From the NCBI GenBank assembly GCA_030704615.1, contig CM060731.1:41540001-41604000 (forward strand): 64,000 bases of DNA, in the 5' to 3' direction. The notes beneath the pieces were generated by a model, which was not told where the DNA came from, did not search any database, and saw only the letters and a list, made by a program, of their open reading frames with translations. The stretch is from Takakia lepidozioides. Taxonomy: Eukaryota; Plantae; Bryophyta. The translations under genes were made by a program, and so were the position numbers. Of the stretch, positions 40,099 through 53,027 are shown in pieces (the first letter of the stretch is position 1; each line of letters begins with the position of its first letter).

Positions 40099-40584
40099 TT
40101 ATGATCCTGTGTCTAGGTCTAAGGAAAAGTCTACAGCTGGTTTGAAAACTGCCTCTGGAACTGGACGGTAACCAAATGAAGTCCACCAATCACGGGCAAA
40201 AGCTTTCCCACAGTGTTCAGCCTTGCAGACATCAGATTTTTGAATATGAACTGACATGCAAAAAGGATGGTAAGTGTGACCACAGCTTGCAACCAGAATA
40301 TTGTTGCAACTGTACCACTCGTTACATACAGGGCAAGGCTTGATCAGCATGTATGTCTTGCTGGGAGGCTCAAGAGGGTTGACAATTGGTTGTGGCCAAG
40401 TGCACATACCCTGTCCTGCTTGCATTCGGTTCACCTGCATTTCCAAGACTTCCTTCTCACACTCGACCTCTTCTATCTTTGTGTTGATCACCTTCAAGTC
40501 ATGTTGGAGGCGATCAAAGGTACCTGTATACCTTGCCAAGTCTCCTTCACCATCTCTTGCCCTCTTCTGCATCCTCAACTTCAC
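40099..40584 (-). CDS. Coiled-coil plus RING-H2-like zinc finger exon, probably transposon-associated
   Basis: CPVC...(SC)GHTYHPFC......C...C pattern, preceded by a heptad-rich helix. Confidence 0.55.
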   Translation of the reverse strand: MKLRMQKRARDGEGDLARYTGTFDRLQHDLKVINTKIEEVECEKEVLEMQVNRMQAGQGMCTWPQPIVNPLEPPSKTYMLIKPCPVCNEWYSCNNILVASCGHTYHPFCMSVHIQKSDVCKAEHCGKAFARDWWTSFGYRPVPEAVFKPAVDFSLDLDTGS

Positions 40585-41119
40585 TAATACAGAAACCGGT
40601 TTTTTTAACAGCTCTTCTTACACATTTTGGTGTGAAAAGAGCCCAAGTTCACACCCCCCCTTGGTGTTAGGTTAACCTAGTCCTTTGCACCACATGTGAA
40701 CTTTCTTGGTCCTGTGAAAAAACCCATCTCACACCAAACTTGCACCTGATGCGGCAGTAGGTTTAGGTGGCTCTTTTGACGGATATTTTGACGGCCGTTT
40801 TGACTGGTTAGTTCAACTACTATTTGACTAAGTAATCTTAATGGTCTTTCTATGGTACTTATTACACCTCGTTGCCACCATGTCTGCCACATGTATGTCA
40901 AAGGGAATGCCACGTAATAGAGTCCATCAGAATTATTAAATAAATAATAGATATTAAGGGCTCTTCTTACGGATTCTCTCACACAGATTTAACACCAGGT
41001 TCAAGTCGTGGTGTGATCACAATGACACTAGTGTGAATACTGTCACATCCACTGTTTTGTTCATATTGGACGAAAAGTAAACAATTATTATTTGTTGACA
41101 AATGCCAAAATGAATAGTC

Positions 41120-41154
<35 letters not shown>

Positions 41155-41423
41155 AATGGGATAGCACCCCAAAAGCCATTGACTGCTTGATTTAATATGT
41201 AATATATTATTATTTTAGAATTTTTATTTGTTTTGTTTCATTTAAACAAAAGCTTATTTAAAACAGGGATAATAATTGTATTTTTAACCACATTGACCAG
41301 TAGTAATGTTATTAATATTAAATATAGCAAACAACCAGCAAAATACCACATTCATGTCTACACAAGAAAAATTTGGCTTGATGTGGGAAAATGAAGTTGC
41401 CCTTGAACAAGGGGATCTTGTGA

Positions 41424-41975
41424 TCATACATGAGAATAGCAAGAGCATGTGTGATTTGCCCAATAACTAGGCCTCAGGAGGGCTTGGGCTTTTGGCTCAG
41501 CCTTGAGACTTTCAAAGTTGGTAAACAGAGGTGCATGCACAATTCCCTTGATATATTTGAAGAGAGCGTCTCTTTGGTGAGAGAACCCTGGATAGTGTAT
41601 CAGATAATGAGTACCGTCTTCAGATTGCCCACACAACGGGCAATTGCACTCTCTCTTTCCTCTCTGCTTCTGTTTGTTGTTCAAAGGTAGGCTTCCTACC
41701 CTGAGTTTAAATTTCAGTCTAGTGCCGAGAGTGGGTAGACCCTTGAGGTCATCCAAGATGTCCTCCCCCATGTCACTGACTGGAAACAAGTTCAGGGAAG
41801 TCTTCTGCCTAACTTCATTTTCATCAGACAATCTGATGGCAACAGACATGGCTTTGGAAACTACAGCCTCTAAGTCAGATTTATCAACCCATATTGCAGA
41901 TCCGTACTCCAAGGCAGGTCTAATAATGCGACAAAGCATGGTTTTCTTAACCTCAGAGTTGACCCTTCTGCAGAA
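41424..41975 (-). mobile_element. LINE ORF2 3' fragment (internally deleted copy of the 49120-49913/61029-61340 family)
   Basis: IIRPALEYGSAIW; CPLCGQSED..H.L (C-terminal Zn motif). Near-identical to 49150-49591, joined to the 49904/61029 segment through TTATC microhomology. Confidence 0.85.
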
Positions 41976-44900
41976 AAAGTTAAAAAGAGAGATGGAAGAT
42001 ATTCATGTCATGTCAAGACATGGACAAGACCCACTAGGGTCATTGTCAATTAAAGACATAAACAGCCCAAAACAGGGCACCATCTAACATTTCCATTCTT
42101 GTCATAGCTTCCCATGAATTGACATCACCCATCAGTCATGATAAACAGGGTGGGAGGGCGGGGTTTGTTCATGTAGGGGATGCAAGCTCTTGAACACCCG
42201 AGATCCGGCCATCTTGGCCAATGAATCATTTGTTCATGTGTGGGACAAGATAAGATATTGCTGCCCCTGTGCAGGCTGCAAGGCCTCTTGGTTCAGCTTG
42301 CACACATACCTTACCAACAGGTCATGTCTTGAAGGAGCACAAAAATGTTGAGGTCATGCAAAGGGCAAGGTACCATGGTCCAGCCTGCCCTATTACCATT
42401 TCAAGACACGTTTTCACACATACATCTTGGACGTGACCCACAGGTTGCAACATCTTACCTTTTCAGCCATTAGTTATGGCAGGTCATGCATCAGCCAAGG
42501 CATAAGGACCAGCCTGCAATTTGTCAGAATCACAATATGCCACGGAGCAATCCTACTTGGGCATGATGAAATAAATTCCATATCATTTGTATTCTCCCCG
42601 AGACATGTTATCATACAAGGTGTCAAGGGAATGTGAATTCAGCCAGTCAAATTGCAGGTTCAAGACTTGTACATACAAGCAACTTGAACAACCGAGATCC
42701 AACCTCTTTTGCATATAAAAAACCAGATTGCAGGTCATAGGCTTGATGTCATGACAAAGCCAAAACTATAGGTAGGATCCCATTGCAGCTTACCATCCTC
42801 ATCCTTCAAGAGTTCCATGCTAAAGCATGCAAATAACACCTCACTATGATCCACTGCACATCATAAACAGGCCCGAACAGGAGCAGGTCGGTGTCTTATC
42901 AGGCTGCTGCCATAACATTCAAGGCCACCATGTCCATAGAGACCCAAAACCGCCAGAAACATACCACCTAAAACCAGATCCTCTTTGGCCAAAAACACTT
43001 ACAACCTAGCTCAATAATCCACAAGCCCTGCTGTCAAAGATCAAAAAGTAGGGTATGGTTTGTATGCAAGCCTTAGGAAACAGGCCAGACAGGCCGAGCT
43101 GCGCATCGACGGCAGAACGACAAAGGCCAAAACATAGGGCCAAGCATTAGATGGGGCCCTGGAGTTGAATGTGAGGGAGCCGGCTCAGCCAGCGTGGACC
43201 TCCCGCCACCCCACGCCCACCCCCGCCTCCATCGCCCCGCGTGGCACGCCTCCCGCGCCTCATGTTCCCGCTGCCAGGACATGAGACGTGCCCTCTCCCG
43301 CATCCCCCATCCCTCCTCCCATCCTGCCCTCATGCATGGCATTGCCCTCATCCCCCATGCATGCCTTCATCCTCGCCATGCTACATGGTATCCCAATGCC
43401 CTCTTTCAAAAATCGTGTCGGTTGCTTAGCTGCACCTGCTCGTTTTCAGAGACCACTCCAAAATCTCCACACTGCAGACATAAGCTGGTTTGGCATCTAT
43501 GTACATTTGGACATGGTATGTCCTCGTTGTGGAGAGTCCAATGGAGCCCATGTTGATGGTACTGTAACCCCACTTATCTTCCACAGGTGATATGGCAAAT
43601 GTTGCCACAAAGAGATTTCACAATGTTGTTGAAAGCTCACTAGCACCCCTTCGTAAAGGAACTTGTCAAAATGTTGATGCTGCGGATTTTCGGGCACAAA
43701 AGTCTACCTTGGAGCACGGAGCAGAGTTGGCATGAGTTCTTTAAGGATCCTTCACGATGGAGGGACAACCGTAATCGCAAGGTGTGGCTTTCTCTTAATG
43801 TATGAGGTGAAGAAGTTTGGCTGAACGAAATGTGGTGTCATGGAACGCGATGTTCGTAGGATATGCACAGCACGGGTGTGGGATGGAGGCTTTGGAGACC
43901 TACGAGCAAATGATGCACGGATGGGCTTCAGAAGGACATAATGCATAGCTACACCACATGACAATGTCTGATGATTATGACTGTTTGGATTGTTTATCAC
44001 TAGAAGCATTCGTGTCATTTACCACTGGGGTAACGACTCATTTTGAGTCGTAAAAGTCAAAAAACAGGGATCGACTGGAAGTTACAACAGACCAGTTACA
44101 ACAGACGTGGTAGTTGGGTTGGACATCCAATGATTGGAGTGGTAAAGGACGTAGACGCGCGAACAACTGCTCAACGATTAATGCAATTAATGCTGAAGAA
44201 CCACGTGGCGTAACCAGGCGGGCCGCCCGTGTGTCTGATGTTTTGAGCTGACTTTGACTTTTCCCTCCGGATGAGTGGACTGACTCATCCGGGGCGCGGT
44301 GACACATGGACGCGGACGTGGATGCGGACATGGATGCCGATGTGGCGGCGCCGCGACGAGCGGTAATGCCACCGCGTGGCCACGGGCTCAAGACGCCACA
44401 TCGCAGTCGGCCACATAACTTGGAGTGCTGCATGTCACGTGGCAAGCCACTAGCGAAGTCGACTGCACAACTGCCGGCAGACGAATCCACGGGGACCACG
44501 TGGAGAGTGTGTGGGTCGACGCGTGGCGTCGTCCCCCGCAAATGGCAGTGAGGGGTACGACTGCTAGTGGAAAGACGCAGAGTGCTTGTGCCATCTCGGG
44601 ACTGTTTTGGCCAACTCCGCTGCCACTATGCTAGTTGGTTGCACTACAGTAGGAAAGCACTACAAATGAGCACTTGTAGTGGTTTTGTGTGAGTTGTCCA
44701 ACTGACTTGCATTCTAAGCTGAAAATATGGTTCTGATGCATTCTACTGGTTTTAGTGGTTCACCCATATGCAGGGGGAATTGAGAGCAATGATACTGGGC
44801 GACACTCAGAACACAGACCACGATGCATGCACAACATCACGTTAATGAACCAAATAGACGAGGCAACAGGGAGACCAAAGACCATCACACATACACATAG

Positions 44901-45129
44901 AAGGTGGACGGACACGACGACAAGTCAGGAAATGGAATATTGCATTCAAATTGGAGACCGTCACGGCACACCTGCATATGAGCAAGACTAAATGCCAATA
45001 TACATGGTTGCCAGACATCACTTAAACTGTCATGGCCCAAATGTACAAAACTGGTAACGTGAGAATCATACACACTTCTATGAGTATCATTACACACCCA
45101 ACAGGGACTACAAACATGAAATGTCACTT

Positions 45130-48100
45130 GATACCTTCACCCCTCCTCATACTCTTCTCTGGCCACAGAGTCACCGTGCCTTTCACGTGCGCTAGTGTGG
45201 TCTGGGGGGGGGGCATCGTCCACATTTGGGCAAGGTAGTGTAACACTTGGAAGCATGATCTCGTGGACTTTCACCTTGTACCACCCGGATGGAATGTCCT
45301 TGCAGTGGAACTTGTCAACCCCGGCTATTCCCACCACTTCCGCCTTGGCGGCGGCTGTCTTTGACCGCTTGTCATGGGGGTTCAGGAGAAACACAAGATC
45401 TGATATCTGCAGACACCAACATCAGGGTCCACTCAGCAACAAACATAGCAATGACAGGGTGAAAGTCAAGCGCAGCTGGGCATGGAAACGATCTTGGTTG
45501 CCACAATACTGAATCAGCAGCAAATTCATGGTGTACCAACCTACCTTGAAGCGAAGCTCGTCGCTGAGGGTGGCAACTGAGGAAAGCTGCCCACGTGTCT
45601 TCAACTGCAGCAGCAAAAAGAGGTTTAGTCACGGATAAGAATAACATGAACTTTGGTGGTTGCAATGGTATAAACACACCTCCACGGAGCAAGCTAACTT
45701 ACACCCTGCTCAGACCGTGCACACTACAACCTCCTGGCAAAAATAACCCTACTAAAAACCAGCCAGGCAAAGCAAGGAGCCATGAATGCATGCCTGGGGA
45801 ACCACGTCCTGCTGCGATGATGGTGCCGGGGACAGCCCACTCCTCTTGCTCACCTGCAATGAATACACATTGCAACGCAGGAAGTGTATCCATAAAGGAA
45901 AATAAAAAGTAAGTTTGCGGAGAGGGGCTGGGAACAACCATACCTTGGAGCCTGCCTCCTCATGCCGGGGGGGAAATCCGGAATGCTGCCGCCGTAGCAC
46001 TATGGTCCTTGGCGCAGGACCCACCTTCTTCACAGATGACCCCACTGCCACTCCCTGTACATGTCCCTGCAAAACATATAGTGCCAGCCTTGCGTGAGAG
46101 GGCATCCGGGGGGAACAAAACAAACATATCTTTTGGGTTCGATGTCATGTTGCAAACAGTAAGGTTAGTTTCACCTGCATGGGCGCAGAAGTACTTCCCC
46201 CAACGACCCCATCCTCTCCCACATTCAAGCTGCCAGTCGGGGTCAGCTTCCGCGTGCTTGTGAAGACACGCACATCCTTGGAGCAAAACAAATCTTGGCA
46301 GTAGGGCCAGACTGTTTCTAAAAGGTACTCTGAATCGGGCCCCTCACTGACATTGCCAGTGACATCAAACGACAATGGATGGACCATGTTCAAAGGGGAG
46401 TTCCCCCTCCCCTTGTGTGGTGAATCATCCACTAGGAGGGTGTTGGATTCGTTAAATCCAGAAAATTCCGACCACACCCTCGACAGTCTCTTCTGTAAGT
46501 TCTGTACGGCAGGCCCTTTTTGTGGGGTGTGGCTCTGTCAAGGGGTCACACTCCTCTTGTGACCACACAAAGAGGGGAGAACCCTTGACCCCCTGCATCA
46601 CCACTTTGAAGATGTCTGCAACATTCCCCTTGGAAGCACAGGACCATATCCCAACGTAGAAATGCCGGAAGAGAAGGTTTAAAAACTCGCAGACCTGGGG
46701 CCTTGGGAAAACATACTTGTTGGTGGTCAACACCCATGGCCAATGACGCCTCGGGTTGGGCTGAAAGTTAGGAATAGAGTGGCACAGGATCCGTTCAGGT
46801 CTAGAACAATTAGTTTCGACTTTTCTATGAAAGGAGCTTTTGAAGGGGTGTCACGGGGTCTCACCTCAGTGGGTTGGGAGACAACAGTCACCCCGGAGGG
46901 CAAAGTTTCGGTCCCCCTGCAGCCTGGACCAGGCAAACTACCACCCTCTCCCCCTACAGCTTCCCCTTTTCCCTTGATAGAATGAGCAATGACCCCCCCA
47001 TCGTCCATGTCATCCCCAAACTCGCTGGACCTCTCTCCTCTTCAACGAGTGGACCCTGCCCCCCACTGTGAATATCATCAACAACAGGCTGGACCTCTGT
47101 CACATCCCTACCCACTACAATTACTTCCTCCTTCTCAGGTACAATGGTCGCAGCAGGGGGGTCTTCCATAATGCCACCCGTCACACCCCCTTTTTGCCTC
47201 ATCATGAGTTCCACTATCTTCTTCAGTTGTGCTTCCATTCCCCTCTCCCGCTCCGCAGAGAGAGCCGCAAGCCTCTCCAGGGCCCCGATGCGGGCTGCCA
47301 TTGAGTTCCCCGCTCCCTACGCATACAAACACCCACCGTACTGTTAAAAACCAGAAGAAGAGGCCGAATGTGCAGGATTTCAGGCATTCGGAGATGGCTG
47401 GGTTTGGCATAACACCCCTCGTGTACCATGCGTGGGGGCCCCACATACCCACCAAATCTTAGTACAACAACAGATTCATGAATGGAAACCGGACTTCAAA
47501 ACATACCTGGCTCAAAACAGACTCTGATGGGGTGCCAGTCGCATAGTTCTTTTGCTCCCCCGAGCTCGGACAGTGACGGGCTCCGCGCTTTGCGTCTTTT
47601 CTGTATTTGCCCATCCACACACACTGTGTCAGTACAAAATGCCAGGAGCATATGGACAAAGCACTGCCCTGCATATCACATAACAACTAATTCTGCACAA
47701 GCAATAAAACCCACTCGTGGGTGTCTCTTCCATCAGAACATGCCACAACGTAGGAGCAATGAGAAGGGGGTGAGGAGATTACCAAACGGGCTGCTTGGCC
47801 TGCAACTCCTGCCCGGCCCCAACGCGAGGGGTTCGTGACACAAGCACGCGCTTGCTTCATCCCTTCAGCCTTTGCAAGTCCACGAGGGGACTCCCAGTAG
47901 GCAACAAGCTTATCCCAATAGGCGGGTTCAGTGTTCATTGGCCTCACACCAGTCTTTGCCCATTTATCTTTCAGTTTTGCTCTTTCTCTTTTCATTATCT
48001 TCCCACATTGCTTCACTATAAAATCACGATTGGCAGGGATAGGTCTGTACTCGTACATTCCATTTATGCCCTCTATTACTGTTGACATGGCACTCTGGGA

Positions 48101-48300
48101 CTGCTGGTCAATGTCTTGTACGCTTGAGTCAAGGTAACGCAATGCCAGGCCACGCAAATGTCACGCTGCCAGTGTTCCTTACCTTCGCAGCCAACATTGA
48201 TGACTCCATTTCCATGCACCTCCACCTTGTGGCGCTTTAGCCCTGCAGCCACCCTTCCCTCTCCATCTCCTTCCCATTGTTTCATGGCATGGCGTCGTTC
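45130..48300 (-). pseudogene. CACTA accessory (TnpA/ORF2-like) gene with an embedded FCP1/NIF HAD-phosphatase-like domain
   Basis: 48157-47780: YWDKLVAYWES....KAE.MK.AR....NPSRWGRAG (Ptta/En/Spm-type). 46830-46240: KLIVLDLNG, FPRPQVCEFL..LF..F.VGIWS, PLFVWSQEEC, NTLLVDDSP.K (FCP1-like). 45394-45137: AKAEV......FH..DIP.GWYKVKV.EI......LP.P (Tnp1/En/Spm-like). Confidence 0.65.
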
Positions 48301-49119
48301 CTTCCTCAGCTCTGATGTCCGTTTCCTGCCCCCATGCTCTGGAACAGCGCTGCATACGTTGTGGGGGGTGACTGATGTGTGCCGGAGGGGGGAGGGCCGT
48401 ATGGAGATGTGGGAGGCCCCCATTGTGACGTGCCAGCATCAGGAAGCCAGCGCCACGACCCCGAAGCAGGGGGGGCTCCCCATGGTGCACTCTGTTGTGG
48501 AGACCGTGCGGCAGGGGGTGGGTGCCAAGGTTGGTGTTGGTTGGCATTGTGTGGTGGCTGTGAGTGCTTTGCTGCAGCTTCACTCCCCTTCCACTGCCAA
48601 AAACATCCCACACACAAGGTGCATCAGCTGTAGTCCTACTGAACACAACGTCACCAGAGCACAAACGATCCCACAACCACAACTATGGATTGGCTGACCT
48701 CAAACCCACTCCCCTGCAGCGCAAGTGCCAAAAACTGAAAAGGAGAGGGACAGAATGTCCTCATAACATGTAAGGCCATTCATTGGTGAAGAAACATAAT
48801 GTGGGCGGGTTCACATCAGTACCATCATACACACTTACCAGGAAACAGAACATCCATCTGGGTTTTGCACATAGGAGTGGACATCTATTCACACAATCAG
48901 CAAATGGCTGAATGGCGGAGCCCAGCATCGGAGCCCCAAAAGGCCTAAAGACTCTCAATGTTTGTAAACACAGGTGCAAACACAATTCAATTGATAGCTT
49001 GGATATCCGGTGGTCTGTATGGTGATAGCACCCCGGGCAGTGCGTCAGACAATGACCCTATGACATTGGTAGTAAGACTTACCTTCGTATAAAGCATTGA
49101 TCCGGGTTTTCCAGATATC

Positions 49120-49913
49120 CTCTAGAAATCCCTTCACACAAGCATCAATCTATTGTGTGTGATTTGCCCAAAAACTAGGCCTCAGGAGGGCCTGGGCTTT
49201 TGGCTCAGCCTCGAGTCTTTCAAAGTTGGTAAACAGGGGTACAGGCACAATTCCCTTGATAGAATTGAAGAGCGTCTCTTTGGTGAGAGAACCCCGGACA
49301 GCGTATCAGAAAATGAATATTGTCTTCAGATTGCCCACACAACGGACAATTGCACTCTCCCTTTCCGATCTGCTTCTGTTTGCTGTTCAAAGGTAGGCTT
49401 CTTGCCCTGAGTTTAAATTTCAGTCTAGTGCCGAGAGTGGGTGGACCCTTTAGGTCATCCAAGATGTCCACCCCCATGTCACTGACTGGAAACAAGTTCA
49501 GGGAAGTTCTCTGCCTAACTTCATTTTCATCAGACAATCTCATGGCAACAGACATGGCTTCAGACACTACAGCCTCTAAGGCAGATTTATCCAGCAGGGT
49601 CAAGACTTGCGGATCCAGGTCCAGGTCCTTGAGAATCTTTTCTACTCTCTTCTGCAGGACTTAGTCTGTTTGACAGGCGGTCCTGTTTTCCAAGATTTAG
49701 AGTCGATCAACTTAGGATATCTGGTGTTGGGCATATGTTGCAGCTGACCCCACCATCTGACCTTGAATTCATCTCGTCGGGAGCTTAAGGATGGGATGCC
49801 AAACTCACCCCCGAACAGCCACATTGGCTGTTTTCTCCATGCTAACATACACTCCTTAAGCACCCCCACTTGAATGGATTCTAGAGACTTAGCCTGGTTG
49901 GAGTTATCAACCC
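49120..49913 (-). mobile_element. LINE ORF2 3' part (left flank of the gypsy insertion)
   Basis: GEFGIPSL..RR...K.RWW..L..MP..RYPK; CPLCGQSED..HFL..CP. Continues at 61029 after the insertion. Confidence 0.85.
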
Positions 49914-50229
49914 TGTCAAGTTATTTTACCACTAGTGTGAAACTAGCTAGGAAATAGCTAGCTTTTACATATTGACATTTGGGATTGGCCCAAGTGTCAA
50001 TCCAGGGGTCAAGGCAGATTTAGGCCCTGGAGTGGTTATCTTCACGGCAAGCGCGGAGGCTCATCTTTCTCGAGTTGAGCCTCACCGCGCCTAGCTATGG
50101 CGCCGTAGTGTGGATTCCCCATGGCGTGGGGTGCACTTGGCTTGACTTGTATTTGAGTGATGAGGTTATATATGCATGAGTTTATGCTTCAGCTTTGTGA
50201 GCTCGTGCTTGTATTCTTCTTCTTTATCA
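49914..50229 (+). repeat. Terminal repeat A1 (316 bp)
   Basis: Identical by eye to A2 (60523-60839) except a 1-nt indel (ggaggc/ggaaggc). Confidence 0.95.
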
Positions 50230-50245
50230 CTCGAGAAAGATGAGC
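50229..50245 (+). promoter_or_regulatory. Candidate self-priming primer-binding site
   Basis: ACTCGAGAAAGATGAGC, at the end of A1, is the exact reverse complement of 50059-50075 inside A1. There is no TGG-type tRNA PBS. Confidence 0.65.
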
Positions 50246-51734
50246 TCGTATCTGTGAGTGCCAGATACGAGTTAGTTGTAGCACTTGGTTTTTGCTTGAG
50301 AATGAGAGAAACCAAGTTGTTATGCAAGGAGCACCGTGGAGCTCTTGGTTGTTAGAAGCGGAGGCGATGTGGGTTACGAGGTGGTAGACCTTGGCATTCG
50401 ATCTTCAGCTTCAGAGATGAAAGCACCATGCTGCAGGTAATTCCAGAGCACCTTGATGGTTTCAGATTGTGTACATGCATGAGCAAGCACGATTGGGAAG
50501 AGGACCAGTCAAGAGCAGGTTATAGTGGCTTTGGTGGCAAAGCTGAGAACTGGACTTGGGAATGCGAGCTTTCATTGTGTGAAGGATTGCAAGACCAAGC
50601 GAAAGGGCTGATTTGGCTTGGGGCAAATCAGTGCACTTTGTGGAGTATGGTGAGATTGGGTTTCAATCTCGAGCTTCAGCATTGAGAGGGCTCTTGTCAT
50701 GGCAAGAGCAGGGCTGGAACAGGAGCTAAGAGGTGCGGCAAGGCCATGGAATGTGCACCTAGGGTTTCAGAGCTTGGAAGAAGAGCTCTTGCACACAAGA
50801 GAAGTGTCTTGTGGCTGGAAATGTAAGCCTTAGGGTTTCAGGAGCTTGGCAAAGGCTGTGGAGTGCTTAGTCTTGTCTTAGAGAGCATCAAGGAGCCAAG
50901 GAGCCAAGATAGGGGGCTGATATCTCTTGTGTGAAGAGGTTGCATGTGGAGCATGTATTCAGCTCATTGAAGCTTCCATCTTCAAGCTTGGAGGGCAAGC
51001 AAGGAAGAGGGAAGGGCTGACTTCCCTTATGTGAGGGCAATGCATGTGTGGAGCATGCTATCAGCCTGGTGAAGGCTTGCACTTTCAGGTGTGGGAGTGC
51101 AAGAAAGGAAGGAAGGGGCTGGTTTCCCTGTAGGGCATGTGGAGCATGCTTTCAGCCTGCTGAAGCTTGTATTTTCAGGTTTGTGGGTGCAAGAAATGAA
51201 GCAAAGGAGCTGATTCTCTTATGGTGAGAGTGGGGCATGTGTGGAGCATGCCTTCAGCCCATTGAGGCTCTTGTTTTCAAGCTTTAGAGAGCTAGAACGG
51301 AAGGTCTAGGGCTGGTTTCCACTTGGAGTGAAAGAAAAGCACTTGTAGGGCCTATGTGAGTTGGGGTTTCAACTTCAAGCTTGAAGGGAGCGCAACTCTT
51401 GAAGCAGCAGGTGTAGGGGCTGGAATAGGCTCTAAGACAGATGCTATGGCCAAGGAGAGTGCTTGAATGAGTGCTCACAAGGGCTGGGAACCAGCAGGGC
51501 TTGGTTGTTTGCCATTGAGTTTAGTGGCGTGTTTGGGAGGCTAAGTGAGAAAGAAGGCTTGGTTTGTGGCAACCACCTCATGGCTTAGGGCTACTATGGT
51601 GGTGTGTGGGAGCCGAAAGAGCAAGAATACCTTGCTGATTTCCTCACACCATAGCTCGGTGGAAAGAAGCCTAGAGTCCAAGAGACACAAACCCTAGCTT
51701 GGCGTGGCTAAACCCCTTGGAGAAATGGCTAACT

Positions 51735-52170
51735 GCCAGAGATGGGCTGTGGGGCTGTGACAGGCTGTGAGGCTGTGTGTGGGGCTGTGAAACGGGCTGT
51801 GTGTGACAGGAACTGTGAGGCTGTGCTGTGTGTGACGGGCCTGTGTGTGTGTTGTGACTGTGTGTGTGACACAGGACGGCTGTGTGTGACGGGCTGTGAC
51901 AACCTGTGACAGGCTGTGACGGGCTGTGAGGCTGTGTGTGGCCTGTGTGTGGAGTGGGGCTGTGAGGGGCTGTGACAGGAACCTGTGGAGGCCCCCACCC
52001 TGTGAGGGGTGACAGGCAAATGTGGAAAGAAAATGTGCCTGAACCTGTGACAGGCTGTGTGACACGGCTCAACTGTGACGGCTGTGGAGCTGTGTGGGCC
52101 TGTGCTGGTCTGTGGTGGCCCGTGTTGACCTGTGGACGGCCTGTGCTGACTCGTGGAGGCACTGGTGGAC
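51735..52170. repeat. GGCTGTGTGTGAC-type low-complexity tandem repeat in the element leader
   Basis: Dozens of ctgtg/gtgac units. Confidence 0.85.
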
Positions 52171-53027
52171 TGCCTAAGGACTGGCATGTGGTCTGGAAGG
52201 CCGAATTTTGAAGCTCGTGGAGGGCGGTTTGAGGAGTATCTTCATGATATTCCCATGGTCATGCAAGTGAGGGAAGAGAGGAGAGGAAGAGTGTTGGGAT
52301 GAGGGCATGCTGGGGTTAGGCATTGCTTTAGCTTCTCTTCCTCGTAGTTTCCACCCTCTCATTAGGCCAAGACCTTTCCGTAGGTGGAGGCAAGAGTCAG
52401 TCCGGGTTTGGGCTGGGGTGTCCTTGCAGGAGCAACACCGTGGAGTTGTTTTTGGTGTGGGGGAGTTGTCGTTCTGATTTCTTGTGTTTGGATCCCCTCC
52501 ATACCTGCATGCTTGACTGTGCGCCATGCTAGTTTTGTGTGGGCGCTTGTTTTTATAGGTGATTGGTCCGGATTTGATCACCGGCCAGTCCTAGAGCATG
52601 CTGTCGATGGTGAGGCTGGGGTGATGACCAGCCAGACCATCATTGTTTCTCCTGTGGTGAGGTTGGAGGTGATGACCAGCCAACCATAGGAGTGCTTGCG
52701 GTGGATGCAGGTACAGGTGTAGGCTATGTTAGGAACTTAGTATTCCAAACCATAAGCCGCAACAGGTTCTCTACCCGGTTACCTTGTGGAGAGGGGGTTA
52801 GGGACATGTTCATGACCGGTTGAGTGTCAACACGGAGGTGCCACTAGTTGCTGGGGACAGTGCCGGTTCGAGCACTAGCGATACTAGTGGGTACACGAGA
52901 CGAGGTGTGCGGTTTTAGGCCACCTTCACCTCCTGTGTCTTCTACGGAAGGTTCTGATTCGGATTGTGAATCAGGAGGACTCATACCGGCGGTGCAAGTT
53001 GTTTCTTTGCCATTGTTGTGGGACACA

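Noticed and set aside
42100-44000. Possible decayed coding sequence
   Set aside because: I found no recognisable motif in the frames I examined.
49909-49913. 5-bp TSD AACCC as an alternative
   Set aside because: It would require the element to end in GAC rather than CA and would break the TGTC/GACA symmetry. The 4-bp ACCC reading is preferred, though it is formally ambiguous.
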